Source: Cyanophyceae cyanobacterium (GTDB lineage Bacteria; Cyanobacteriota; Cyanobacteriia; Cyanobacteriales; JBHJGN01). From it: a stretch of 13,574 bases of DNA. Under the pieces are notes generated by a model that saw nothing but the letters and a program-made list of their open reading frames with translations, searched no databases and was not told where the DNA came from. Of this stretch, positions 1 through 7,540 are shown one piece after another (the stretch's first letter is position 1; every line of letters begins with the position of its first letter). Both the position numbers and the translations under genes were made by a program. The stretch covers positions 1 to 13,574 of the forward strand of contig JBHJGN010000091.1 in the NCBI GenBank assembly GCA_050331735.1, written 5' to 3'.

Positions 1-45
1 TTCAGGTTCAGGATAGATGCGGACTTTCTGAGTGACTCTAATCAT
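1..45 (-). CDS. tnpB: TnpB (RNA-guided endonuclease) N-terminus, partial
   Basis: The minus strand translates MIRVTQKVRIYPEPE, matching the K-V-R-I-Y-P-x-x-E start of IS605 OrfB proteins. An alternative in-frame ATG lies at 54. The frame runs off the window. Confidence 0.8.
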   Translation of the reverse strand, partial: MIRVTQKVRIYPEPE

Positions 46-74
46 ACTTACCATTATATACTAAAACGGTAAGT
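46..74 (-). promoter_or_regulatory. Putative tnpB promoter: TATAAT -10 box inside a 7-bp inverted repeat
   Basis: TATAAT on the minus strand at 53-58, 7 nt before the ATG at 45. It is flanked by ACTTACC (46-52) and GGTAAGT (68-74). Confidence 0.55.
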
Positions 75-183
75 CGTAGCGTCGCTGTCCATCCCCTCCT
101 TACTGCTTTGAAGAAGGGGATTTCCGCGACCTCTTGTTAAACAAGCCGTACAAACTTACAAACAACATAAAACCGAGGTTTTA

Positions 184-332
184 TACCATTTACCGAAAGG
201 AGTGAGATAGTTCTCCTCACTAACAAAGAGTTGGCTCTTAAAAGGGAAAGGCTTGCTGTGTTTACCTTTCCCCCTGACCCTTTCCCCTTTTCCCCAACGG
301 CTCAAGTCTCTCATGACTTTTTCTAATTGGTA
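184..332. mobile_element. MITE-like element (~149 bp) with imperfect TIRs and a TTA target duplication
   Basis: TTA|TACCATTTACCGAAAGGAGTGAGA ... TCTCATGACTTTTTCTAATTGGTA|TTA. The TIRs match at 17/24 positions, TTA is repeated at 181-183 and 333-335, and the interior is non-coding. Confidence 0.65.
267..294. repeat. STRR-like heptamer tandem repeat inside the MITE
   Basis: TTTCCCC CTGACCC TTTCCCC TTTTCCC, partly complementary to AAAGGGAAAGG at 241-251. Confidence 0.5.
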
Positions 333-459
333 TTAGAACCAATTGACCGACAGCGAGAGAGAGCGATCGCTTCTGTTATTGATGAAATGATGAAGGCGAT
401 CGCTTCGCAACGCTCCGCCCCTAGCGAATCTGCTCGATGATTTGCTGCAATGTTGATGT

Positions 460-1299
460 TTACAAAAACGGTGTTCTCGTCTGGTGAACGACCTGAAGCA
501 GGGCTTCTAAGCTCTGCCAGTCTTCTTGCTCAATGTAGTCAATGATTTCATCAAGGCGACGACGATATTCGAGGAGCGATCGCCTCAAATGGGAACGGTT
601 GTAGCGAGCCATCATCACTCCCAGTTCCGGGTTGCCGCCCCCCACTCTACTGGTATCGCGAAATCCAGAACTAGCTAAGCGCTGCGCCAAGGGCCGGTCT
701 GGCTCAGCTAAACATGCCGCAATCAGGCTTGCGCTCACCATCACCGGGAGATGAGACACCCAGGCTACAGCGCGGTCGTGGGCTTCTGGAGAACAGGTGA
801 TTACCTGGGAGCCTAAAGAACGGGCCAGACCGCTCACGGTTTGCAACACTCGGGGGAGGGTGGTCGCCGTTGGCGTTAGCACGTAGGGAGCTCCTATAAA
901 TAAGCCTCGTTGTCCGGCGGCAATGCCCTGCTGTTCGTTTCCAGCCATCGGATGACCGCCAATAAAGTGGGGCCACAGTGGAGAAGCCGAGGCGACGATA
1001 GCCGACTTCACGGACCCCACATCGGTGATAATCGCATCGCTCGGCAAATTGGCGGTCAGTTGCTCAACCGTTGGAAGAATAGCCGCTAGTGGAGTACACA
1101 CAAAGACAATATCCACCGCCGCCAGAATGGAAAAATCCGTTTGGGCGCGAGTGACGACTCCTCGGGCAACCGCCTGCTGACACGTGGCTTCGCGGCGCGA
1201 TACTCCCACAACGGTCAGTCCTTGAGCGCAAAAGTCTAACCCCAAAGAACTGCCAATTAAGCCTAAACCAACAATGCCGATCCGAGGATGTGTAGACAA
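460..1299 (-). CDS. tyrA: Prephenate/arogenate dehydrogenase (cyanobacterial TyrAa type)
   Basis: Rossmann motif IGIVGLGLIG plus TDVGSVK, FIGGHPMAG, HDRAVAWVSHLP and ASSGFRDTSRVGGGNPELG. TTG start. Confidence 0.95.
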   Translation of the reverse strand: MSTHPRIGIVGLGLIGSSLGLDFCAQGLTVVGVSRREATCQQAVARGVVTRAQTDFSILAAVDIVFVCTPLAAILPTVEQLTANLPSDAIITDVGSVKSAIVASASPLWPHFIGGHPMAGNEQQGIAAGQRGLFIGAPYVLTPTATTLPRVLQTVSGLARSLGSQVITCSPEAHDRAVAWVSHLPVMVSASLIAACLAEPDRPLAQRLASSGFRDTSRVGGGNPELGVMMARYNRSHLRRSLLEYRRRLDEIIDYIEQEDWQSLEALLQVVHQTRTPFL

Positions 1300-1306
1300 A
1301 ATTTAG

Positions 1307-1666
1307 CTACTCGTAAACCGTTTCATCTTCTTTACGCCAGGCCGGATCGACAATGCAGATAAATATCAGAGGGTCATCGCCACAGTTACGGATATATTGC
1401 TTGGCATGGGGGGGAATATAGACAGCGTCTCCGGGTTTAACGCTGTCTACCGCATCGTCGATATGCATTTCTCCCTGTCCGCTGAGAATGTAGTACACTT
1501 CTGATGTCGCTAAAGAATGGGGAGTAGATGTCTGCCCGACCGGAACGATGGCATGAGCCAAACTATAGCGCAACTGAAGCGGCTGCTTGTCGGGATGCAG
1601 CAGTTCGCGCAACTGGGTGCCATCTCCAGCCGTAAATTCTTCACAATCGTTGAGTTGTACGATCAT
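1307..1666 (-). CDS. Cupin-domain protein (Cupin_2, mannose-6-phosphate isomerase type II-like)
   Basis: Cupin motifs PH..SEVYYILSGQG and VKPGDAVYIPPHAKQ; 119 aa. Confidence 0.9.
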   Translation of the reverse strand: MIVQLNDCEEFTAGDGTQLRELLHPDKQPLQLRYSLAHAIVPVGQTSTPHSLATSEVYYILSGQGEMHIDDAVDSVKPGDAVYIPPHAKQYIRNCGDDPLIFICIVDPAWRKEDETVYE

Positions 1667-1671
1667 TGGCG

Positions 1672-1977
1672 TTAACTAAAATCCTCAGTAACGGTGGCAA
1701 AAGGCCGTTCTTTGGCAAAGTAATCGGTACAGTTAATTGCCTGTTCGGTGTTGGCGATCGCCGGTCGCACGGTACATTTGAGATGGTGGCTGTTGGTAAA
1801 AAACTGGCAGTTGGTGCAGGGAACTTCATGCATGGTTTTAGCGCGGGCGATCGCATCGCGGACGGCGCTGAGTAGGGTCCACCCGAGAAGAGCGATAAAC
1901 ACCCAAGCCACCAGAAAACACAAGGGAACTAAAACGGGCTGGAAAATTTGAACGAGGTGATAGAGGAGTGACAACAC
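1672..1977 (-). CDS. Small hypothetical membrane protein with a C-terminal Cys cluster
   Basis: Hydrophobic helix (VLVPLCFLVAWVFIALLGWTLL) followed by Cx2Cx10Cx14C. Ends 5 nt before the cupin start. GTG start. Confidence 0.8.
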   Translation of the reverse strand: MLSLLYHLVQIFQPVLVPLCFLVAWVFIALLGWTLLSAVRDAIARAKTMHEVPCTNCQFFTNSHHLKCTVRPAIANTEQAINCTDYFAKERPFATVTEDFS

Positions 1978-2095
1978 AGCTAATTGGCGTTAGTTGATAA
2001 GTTACTATTATGCAATATATCAGTTCGACAAAACCAAAATATCTTGCTCAAGAGGGACAAACAGGCACGATGGGAACGTCGGAAATACAGCCCCT

Positions 2096-4216
2096 CTAGT
2101 GTTCCCGTCGCCACCAAGCCCGGACCAACTTAATTTCATCGTAGCTAAAGCTTTCTCCTAAATGGTCGCGCAGTTCTTTGAGAGACTCGGCTCCTAATTT
2201 CTGGATGGCTCTCGCGATCAGTTCTTGTTTGACTGGCAGCACAAGGCGATCGAGGTCTACAGGCTGTTTCATTTCGATCAACTCGCTGAGATGATTAACC
2301 ACGGTACTGACGGTGAGCTGGCGTTGAGCCGCAATTTCTGCCACCTCTAATCCCTGTTGAAAAAGCTGTAGCGTCGATCTATAGGTGTTTGCAGGCAAAG
2401 CAACGGAGAGTTGCTGTTGGCAAAAGGCGCGAATTTCCGAGATAAACTGCTCTCCGTACTGCTGGAGCTTATGACTGCCAACGCCAGAAATTTGGGCAAA
2501 TTCCTTGAGGGTTTGGGGCTGCTGCTGCGCCATCTGTTTGAGGCTAGAGTCGGCAAACACGACGTAAGGAGGCACGGATTGGGCATCGGCGAGCTGTTTA
2601 CGCAGGCGTCGCAGTTCTTCAAACAGCAGTTGGGCTTCTGCCGTGGGTGTATCCTCTTCGACAACCTGAGTTGCTGATGGTTGCCGGACGGCAATTTGCA
2701 CCGTACGCTGCTTGCGCAATACCTCCCAACTACGCTGATTGAGCTTGAGCACTCGGTAGCCATCGGTGGTTTCCGCGACTAACCCCTGATGCAGTAAGGA
2801 ACGCCCAAGCCTTTTCCAGTCCGCCACGCTGCGATCTTTCCCAATACCGTAGGTGGAGAGGAGATGATGCCCGTACTGCTCAATTTTCTGCTTCTTGGAA
2901 CCCCGCAGCACGTCGATGATGTGATTCATGCCAAACCGCTCTCGACAGCGAGCTACGCAGGATAAGAATTTTTGAGCCTCGATGGTCCAATCCTCGATAG
3001 GTTTGGGGTGGCGGCAATTGTCGCAGCGATCGCATCCTCCGGCAAACGGTTCCCCAAAGTAGCCCAAGATAATTGTGCGGCGACAGTCGGTTCCTTCGAC
3101 GTAATCCACTACCTGACGAAGCTGCTGGCGAGCGATCCGCTGCTCCTTAGGATCGGGTTTTTGGTCGATGAAGTAGTCGAGTTTTGGAATATCGCTGGGG
3201 TTGAAAAAGAGAGTGCAGTGGGCGGGTTCTCCGTCTCGTCCGGCTCGCCCTGATTCTTGATAATAGCTCTCGAGGTTGCGGGGCAGATCGTAATGAACGA
3301 CAAAGCGTACATCTGGCTTATTAATGCCCATGCCAAAGGCAATGGTGGCCACGATAATTTGCACATCATCGCGGATGAAGCGGGTTTGATGGGAGGCTCG
3401 CTCAACATCACTGAGGCCCGCATGGTAGGGCAAGGCGGCAATACGATCCTGCTGAAGTTGCTCGGCAATTTCATCGACGGTGCGGCGGCTGAGACAGTAG
3501 ACAATTCCTGACCCTTGCTGCTGGCGAATGTGCTGCAAGAGCTGCGGATAGCTGCGTCGTTCTTTCGGCTGCACTTCGTAATAAAGATTGGGACGATTAA
3601 AGCTCACCACATGCACTTCAGGCTGTCGTAACCCGAGCTGCTGGACGATATCCTGCTGCACCCGGCGCGTTGCTGTTGCGGTAAAAGCCAACAGGGGAAC
3701 CTGGGGATAGCGCTGGCGGAGCTGCTTCATCTGGCGATATTCAGGACGGAAATCGTGGCCCCACTCAGAAACGCAGTGGGCTTCATCGATGGCAAAGGCA
3801 GAGATTCCCAGTTGTGTGGCGATCGCCTCTAAAAAGGAACTAAACTTCTCAGACAAAAGACGTTCGGGAGCCACGTAGAGGAGCTTGATTTTGCCGCGGA
3901 GAATGTCTCGTTCCCGCTCTCGCACCTCCGGCAACCCTAAACTACTGTTGAGAAACGTGGCTCCAATGCCGTTGTCGCGCAGCGCCTCCACCTGGTCCTG
4001 CATCAATGCAATGAGGGGCGACACCACCACCATTAGCCCTGGCTGTAGCAGTGCCGGGAGCTGAAAACACAAGGATTTGCCGCCTCCAGTAGGCATAATC
4101 ACCATCATATCTCGTCCCTGAAGGATCTCTGCAATTACCTGGCGCTGTTTATGCCGAAAGGTTGTGTAGCCAAAATAGTGTTTAAGAGCCTCTTCTAAAG
4201 AGTTGAACTGAGCCAT
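2096..4216 (-). CDS. recQ: ATP-dependent DNA helicase RecQ (helicase core, Zn-binding, RQC, HRDC, C-terminal HTH)
   Basis: MPTGGGKS, IDEAHCVSEWGHDFRPEY, ATIAFGMGINKPDVR, YYQESGRAGRDG, CRR...CDRCDNC and HRDC motif VPPYVVFAD. The ATG at 4216 is preferred to the TTG at 4222. Confidence 0.98.
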   Translation of the reverse strand: MAQFNSLEEALKHYFGYTTFRHKQRQVIAEILQGRDMMVIMPTGGGKSLCFQLPALLQPGLMVVVSPLIALMQDQVEALRDNGIGATFLNSSLGLPEVRERERDILRGKIKLLYVAPERLLSEKFSSFLEAIATQLGISAFAIDEAHCVSEWGHDFRPEYRQMKQLRQRYPQVPLLAFTATATRRVQQDIVQQLGLRQPEVHVVSFNRPNLYYEVQPKERRSYPQLLQHIRQQQGSGIVYCLSRRTVDEIAEQLQQDRIAALPYHAGLSDVERASHQTRFIRDDVQIIVATIAFGMGINKPDVRFVVHYDLPRNLESYYQESGRAGRDGEPAHCTLFFNPSDIPKLDYFIDQKPDPKEQRIARQQLRQVVDYVEGTDCRRTIILGYFGEPFAGGCDRCDNCRHPKPIEDWTIEAQKFLSCVARCRERFGMNHIIDVLRGSKKQKIEQYGHHLLSTYGIGKDRSVADWKRLGRSLLHQGLVAETTDGYRVLKLNQRSWEVLRKQRTVQIAVRQPSATQVVEEDTPTAEAQLLFEELRRLRKQLADAQSVPPYVVFADSSLKQMAQQQPQTLKEFAQISGVGSHKLQQYGEQFISEIRAFCQQQLSVALPANTYRSTLQLFQQGLEVAEIAAQRQLTVSTVVNHLSELIEMKQPVDLDRLVLPVKQELIARAIQKLGAESLKELRDHLGESFSYDEIKLVRAWWRREH

Positions 4217-4261
4217 GAGCAATGGGCAAGCAACAACTCTAGAATGGCATAAATAAAGCGA

Positions 4262-4289
4262 TTAGCCGTTAGCTTTTAGCTCTTCGCTA
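4262..4289. repeat. Degenerate heptamer tandem repeat (STRR-like) between the regulator and recQ
   Basis: TTAGCCG TTAGCTT TTAGCTC TTCGCTA. Confidence 0.5.
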
Positions 4290-4305
4290 GTCGGAAGCTG
4301 ATCGC

Positions 4306-4944
4306 TTAAGGTGAGGGTAAATAGGTTGTGGCGAAAATAGCGGCTTGAGTGCGATCGCGCAAATGCAAACGGCGAAGAATCGTGTTGACGTGATTTTTCA
4401 CCGTTCTTTCAGAAATATCCAAGGCGGTGGCAATTTCGCGGTTATTGTGTCCTTGCCCAATAAGCTGTAAGACTTCTCTTTCCTTAGAAGTAAGGTTAGC
4501 CAATGCTGGCGGCGGTTCAACTAGCGGACTCGCATACACTCCCACAACTTTCTCAAATAGCCCAGGTCCAAACTGAGTATAGCCTTGATGAACCGAGCGG
4601 ATTGTCTGTGCTAACTCTTCCGAGGGAGTATCCTTAAGGAGATATCCTTTGGCTCCAACGCTGATTGATTGAGCAATGTATTCATCATCATCAAAAGTCG
4701 TCAGCACCACCACTTTAATATCTGGTGCCTTTTCAGACAGAGCGCGGATTGCTGCTACTCCATCCACGACCGGCATGTGGATATCCATCAGGACGACATC
4801 AGGCTCTAGTTCCAAGGCTTTCTCTACGGCAACTTGACCGTTTTCGGCTTCCCCGATTACCTCAATGTCGAGCTTTGCCCGGAGCAAACTCGCTAACCCC
4901 TCGCGAACAAGGCTTTGATCGTCAACCAGCAGTACTCGAATCAC
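4306..4944 (-). CDS. NarL/LuxR-family DNA-binding response regulator (no kinase in this window)
   Basis: Receiver domain VLLVDD, phosphoacceptor VLMD, LTTF and GYLLK. LuxR HTH LTSKEREVL...NREIA...TVKNHV. GTG start with a GAGGA RBS. Confidence 0.95.
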   Translation of the reverse strand: MIRVLLVDDQSLVREGLASLLRAKLDIEVIGEAENGQVAVEKALELEPDVVLMDIHMPVVDGVAAIRALSEKAPDIKVVVLTTFDDDEYIAQSISVGAKGYLLKDTPSEELAQTIRSVHQGYTQFGPGLFEKVVGVYASPLVEPPPALANLTSKEREVLQLIGQGHNNREIATALDISERTVKNHVNTILRRLHLRDRTQAAIFATTYLPSP

Positions 4945-5508
4945 AACAATCCTCGTTTTTTATGGTTCGCTGATTGTTCATTTTCTTCGTTTTCTTCGTT
5001 ATCCTCTCAAGGATTCCTCATTAAAGCAAAAAACTCGATATATTTACCCTAAAACCTCTCAGACGCTATCCTCTACCTCTTCTAACTGCTGTCTTGAGTA
5101 AAAATCCGAGCGAAGTTTTCGCCCTAATTCGGTCTAAAGTCCCTGAACCAGGTGAGAGCCAAACAGCAGACGAAACGGATAGTTTTTCCAGAGAATCTGC
5201 CTGGCGAGCACCGCCTATTCCTTTAATAGCTCAGACTGTGACTGTACTAATCTAGAAAACAATGGAACTTTCTTGCTAGGGACTAAAGTAACAAAGTTAG
5301 CAAATTCTTTCACAAAATCTTCTTAGAAGCGCATCGGCAGAGGCGATCGCCCTGACAGGAATCATCTGGCTGTGCAGGAGTGGCGAGCCTAAATTATTTT
5401 GGTAATCAGCGCTGAGGATGAGCGGGGAGCAACAATGGCAGAACCATCTGCTGCCTTGCGATTCTGCCCAACATCTGGTTAGCTAGCAGTAAAACGTTTG
5501 GCTAAATC

Positions 5509-6153
5509 GTGGTTCAAGCTAAAGTTCGCCAACAGTATAACCAAAAAGCCGCTGTCTACGATCGGCGCTGGAGCTGCTATGTAGCCAGTACCTTATCTTT
5601 CCTCAAATCTTGGTCGGCAATTTCTCCGGCTGACGTTGTTCTCGATGTGGCTTGCGGAACGGGTGAGTTTGAGCGACTGTTGCTCAGCCACCACCCTGAG
5701 CAGCAGATGGTTGGAGTAGATATTTCGGAAAACATGCTGCGGGAAGCCCGACAGAAGCTGCCGGGAGCTGCCCCTGTCTCGTTTCGCGTTGCCAGCGTTA
5801 CGGAATTGCCGTTGAGCGATCGCTGTTTTGATGTGGTTGTCTGTGCGAGTTCCTTTCACTACTTTGAGAAACCGACAATTGCCCTGGCCGAAATCAAGCG
5901 CGTTCTCAAACCGGGGGGCAGGGCGATTGTCCTTGACTGGTGCAGAGACTATTTCATCTGTCAACTTTGCGATTTCTGGTTACGGCTTGTCGATCCGGCT
6001 CATCGGCAATGTTATACCCAGGCAGAGTTGCATGCTTTACTTACGGCTGCTAGCTTTGAGATTTGTCGCCACACCCGCTTTCGGTTTGGGGTGGTGTGGG
6101 GTCTGATGGTCGCGGAGGGAGTAGTGACCAGTAACCAGGGATCGAGAAACTGA
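5509..6153 (+). CDS. Class I SAM-dependent methyltransferase (UbiE/Methyltransf_11-like)
   Basis: Motif I VLDVACGTG, then GVDISENML, FDVVVC..SFHYF and RVLKPGG. Confidence 0.92.
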   Translation: MVQAKVRQQYNQKAAVYDRRWSCYVASTLSFLKSWSAISPADVVLDVACGTGEFERLLLSHHPEQQMVGVDISENMLREARQKLPGAAPVSFRVASVTELPLSDRCFDVVVCASSFHYFEKPTIALAEIKRVLKPGGRAIVLDWCRDYFICQLCDFWLRLVDPAHRQCYTQAELHALLTAASFEICRHTRFRFGVVWGLMVAEGVVTSNQGSRN

Positions 6154-6190
6154 CTAAAATTAGGGTGGTTACGCTAATGGGACTGCTTGT

Positions 6191-7306
6191 GTGCTAGGGC
6201 ATCAATCGGCTAAAGAACTACCGTCTAAAGAACTCACAAAATTTAACCAACTGCCGCAGTGGGTTACTTGGGGATTAGCTTTTCCGCTCATTATCCTCAA
6301 CGCCTGGTTAGTGCTGGTTGTTTTTGATTACTTTCAGTCCCTGATTACAATCTTGGTGACGGCAACTTTGTTGGCGTTTATCCTCGACTATCCGGTGCAG
6401 TTTCTCGTTTCCCGACGAGTTCAACGCTCCTATGCGGTCTTGGGGGTTATTTTTGTCGCCTTTTTGCTGCTGAGCGTGTTAGGAGTAACTCTTGCCCCGA
6501 TCATTTTCAAACAGTTTAATGATTTAGCTGTTCGTCTCCCTTCCTGGATTGAATCGGGTGGTCAACAGCTTCAGTCTCTAAATGATTGGGCGATCGCTCG
6601 CGGACTGCCGATTAACCTCAGCGGTATCACGACTCAGCTCACCGAACGTCTGTCGGGTCAACTGCGATTGCTAACGGGTCAGGCTCTCGGTTTAGCTCTC
6701 AATACGGTGAATCGGGTGGTCGATTTGCTATTAACTCTGGTGCTGACTTTTTACCTGTTGCTGAACGGAGAACAGCTTTGGGAGGGAATTTTTGAGTGGC
6801 TGCCTACCCCAATGGGGTTGCGGGTGCGTCCGCTGCTGCGGCAAAATTTTCACAATTATTATGTTGGTCAAGCATCGCTCGCCGTAATTATTGGCGTTTC
6901 CCTGGTCTTGGCCTTCTGGCTGTTGCGGGTTCCCTTTGGCCTGCTGTTTGGCCTAGGCATTGGTTTTATGGCGCTTTTTCCTTTCGGCGCGTCTTTCAGT
7001 ATTTTCTTAGTAAGTTCGCTGATGGCGCTTAAAAGCTTTTGGTTGGGGGTGAGAGTGCTGGCTGTTGCTATTGTTTTAGGGCAGGTGATCGAAAATGGCA
7101 TTGCACCACGTTTGCTGGGAGGCTTTACCGGACTGAACCCTGTCTGGATCTTAGTGTCTTTACTGTTGGGGGCGAAGGTAGGTGGAGTTGTCGGTCTGCT
7201 GATTGCGGTTCCGCTGGCTAGCTTTATTAAAAATGCAGCAATCGTGCTGCGGACAGCGGCAGCAAATCCTGTTTTAGATGTTAACAAGGTAGCGCAGCAA
7301 CAGTAG
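6191..7306 (+). CDS. AI-2E family (PerM/TqsA-like) transporter
   Basis: Multi-pass hydrophobic protein with LLAFILDYPV, ENGIAPRLLG..TGLNPVWIL and GLLIAVPLAS signatures; 371 aa. Start position uncertain. Confidence 0.92.
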   Translation: MLGHQSAKELPSKELTKFNQLPQWVTWGLAFPLIILNAWLVLVVFDYFQSLITILVTATLLAFILDYPVQFLVSRRVQRSYAVLGVIFVAFLLLSVLGVTLAPIIFKQFNDLAVRLPSWIESGGQQLQSLNDWAIARGLPINLSGITTQLTERLSGQLRLLTGQALGLALNTVNRVVDLLLTLVLTFYLLLNGEQLWEGIFEWLPTPMGLRVRPLLRQNFHNYYVGQASLAVIIGVSLVLAFWLLRVPFGLLFGLGIGFMALFPFGASFSIFLVSSLMALKSFWLGVRVLAVAIVLGQVIENGIAPRLLGGFTGLNPVWILVSLLLGAKVGGVVGLLIAVPLASFIKNAAIVLRTAAANPVLDVNKVAQQQ

Positions 7307-7540
7307 ATGAGGCGATCGCTATCAGCAGAAAAAAGGTCCAGAAGCGATCACGGTAGATTTTGACGCCAGCACTGATAATACCGCTTGATGATTCTCAAAA
7401 GAAAATCAGCAACTACCAATCTTGAAACCAAATCCTGAGCTAACGTTCTTTTGAATTTTAAAGTTTGAATTGACATTAAATTAGCTTTTCGAGCCCATTT
7501 ATCAATAAACTTTCTTTGTAAGAAAGCACCAATAAGGAAA

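Larger units (their letters stand above)
1..136 (-). mobile_element. Left end of IS200/IS605-family (IS1341-like, tnpB-first) element, truncated by the window edge
   Basis: Subterminal hairpin ATCCCCTCCTT-N9-AAGAAGGGGAT (91-121, one mismatch). The minus strand reads TTTAA|CAAGAGGTCGCGG-AAAT-hairpin. The tnpB start lies ~90 nt inside, leaving no room for tnpA upstream of it. Confidence 0.85.

Noticed and set aside
137..168. Window as a circle carrying a single IS (joining the left flank to the right flank gives in-frame MLFVSLYGLFN-NVNNG...)
   Set aside because: The left-flank peptide does not resemble the expected upstream part of the PEP-CTERM protein. There is no signal peptide or replicon, and the cargo is housekeeping. 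The in-frame ATG is probably chance.
4981..5000. TTTTCTTCG duplicated in tandem
   Set aside because: Two low-complexity units only, with no evidence of function.
5288..5301. NtcA-like site GTAACAAAGTTAGC
   Set aside because: It does not fit GTA-N8-TAC, because the second half is AGC.
7470..7500. TTGACA upstream of gntK as a sigma70 promoter
   Set aside because: There is no credible -10 hexamer at 16-18 bp spacing.
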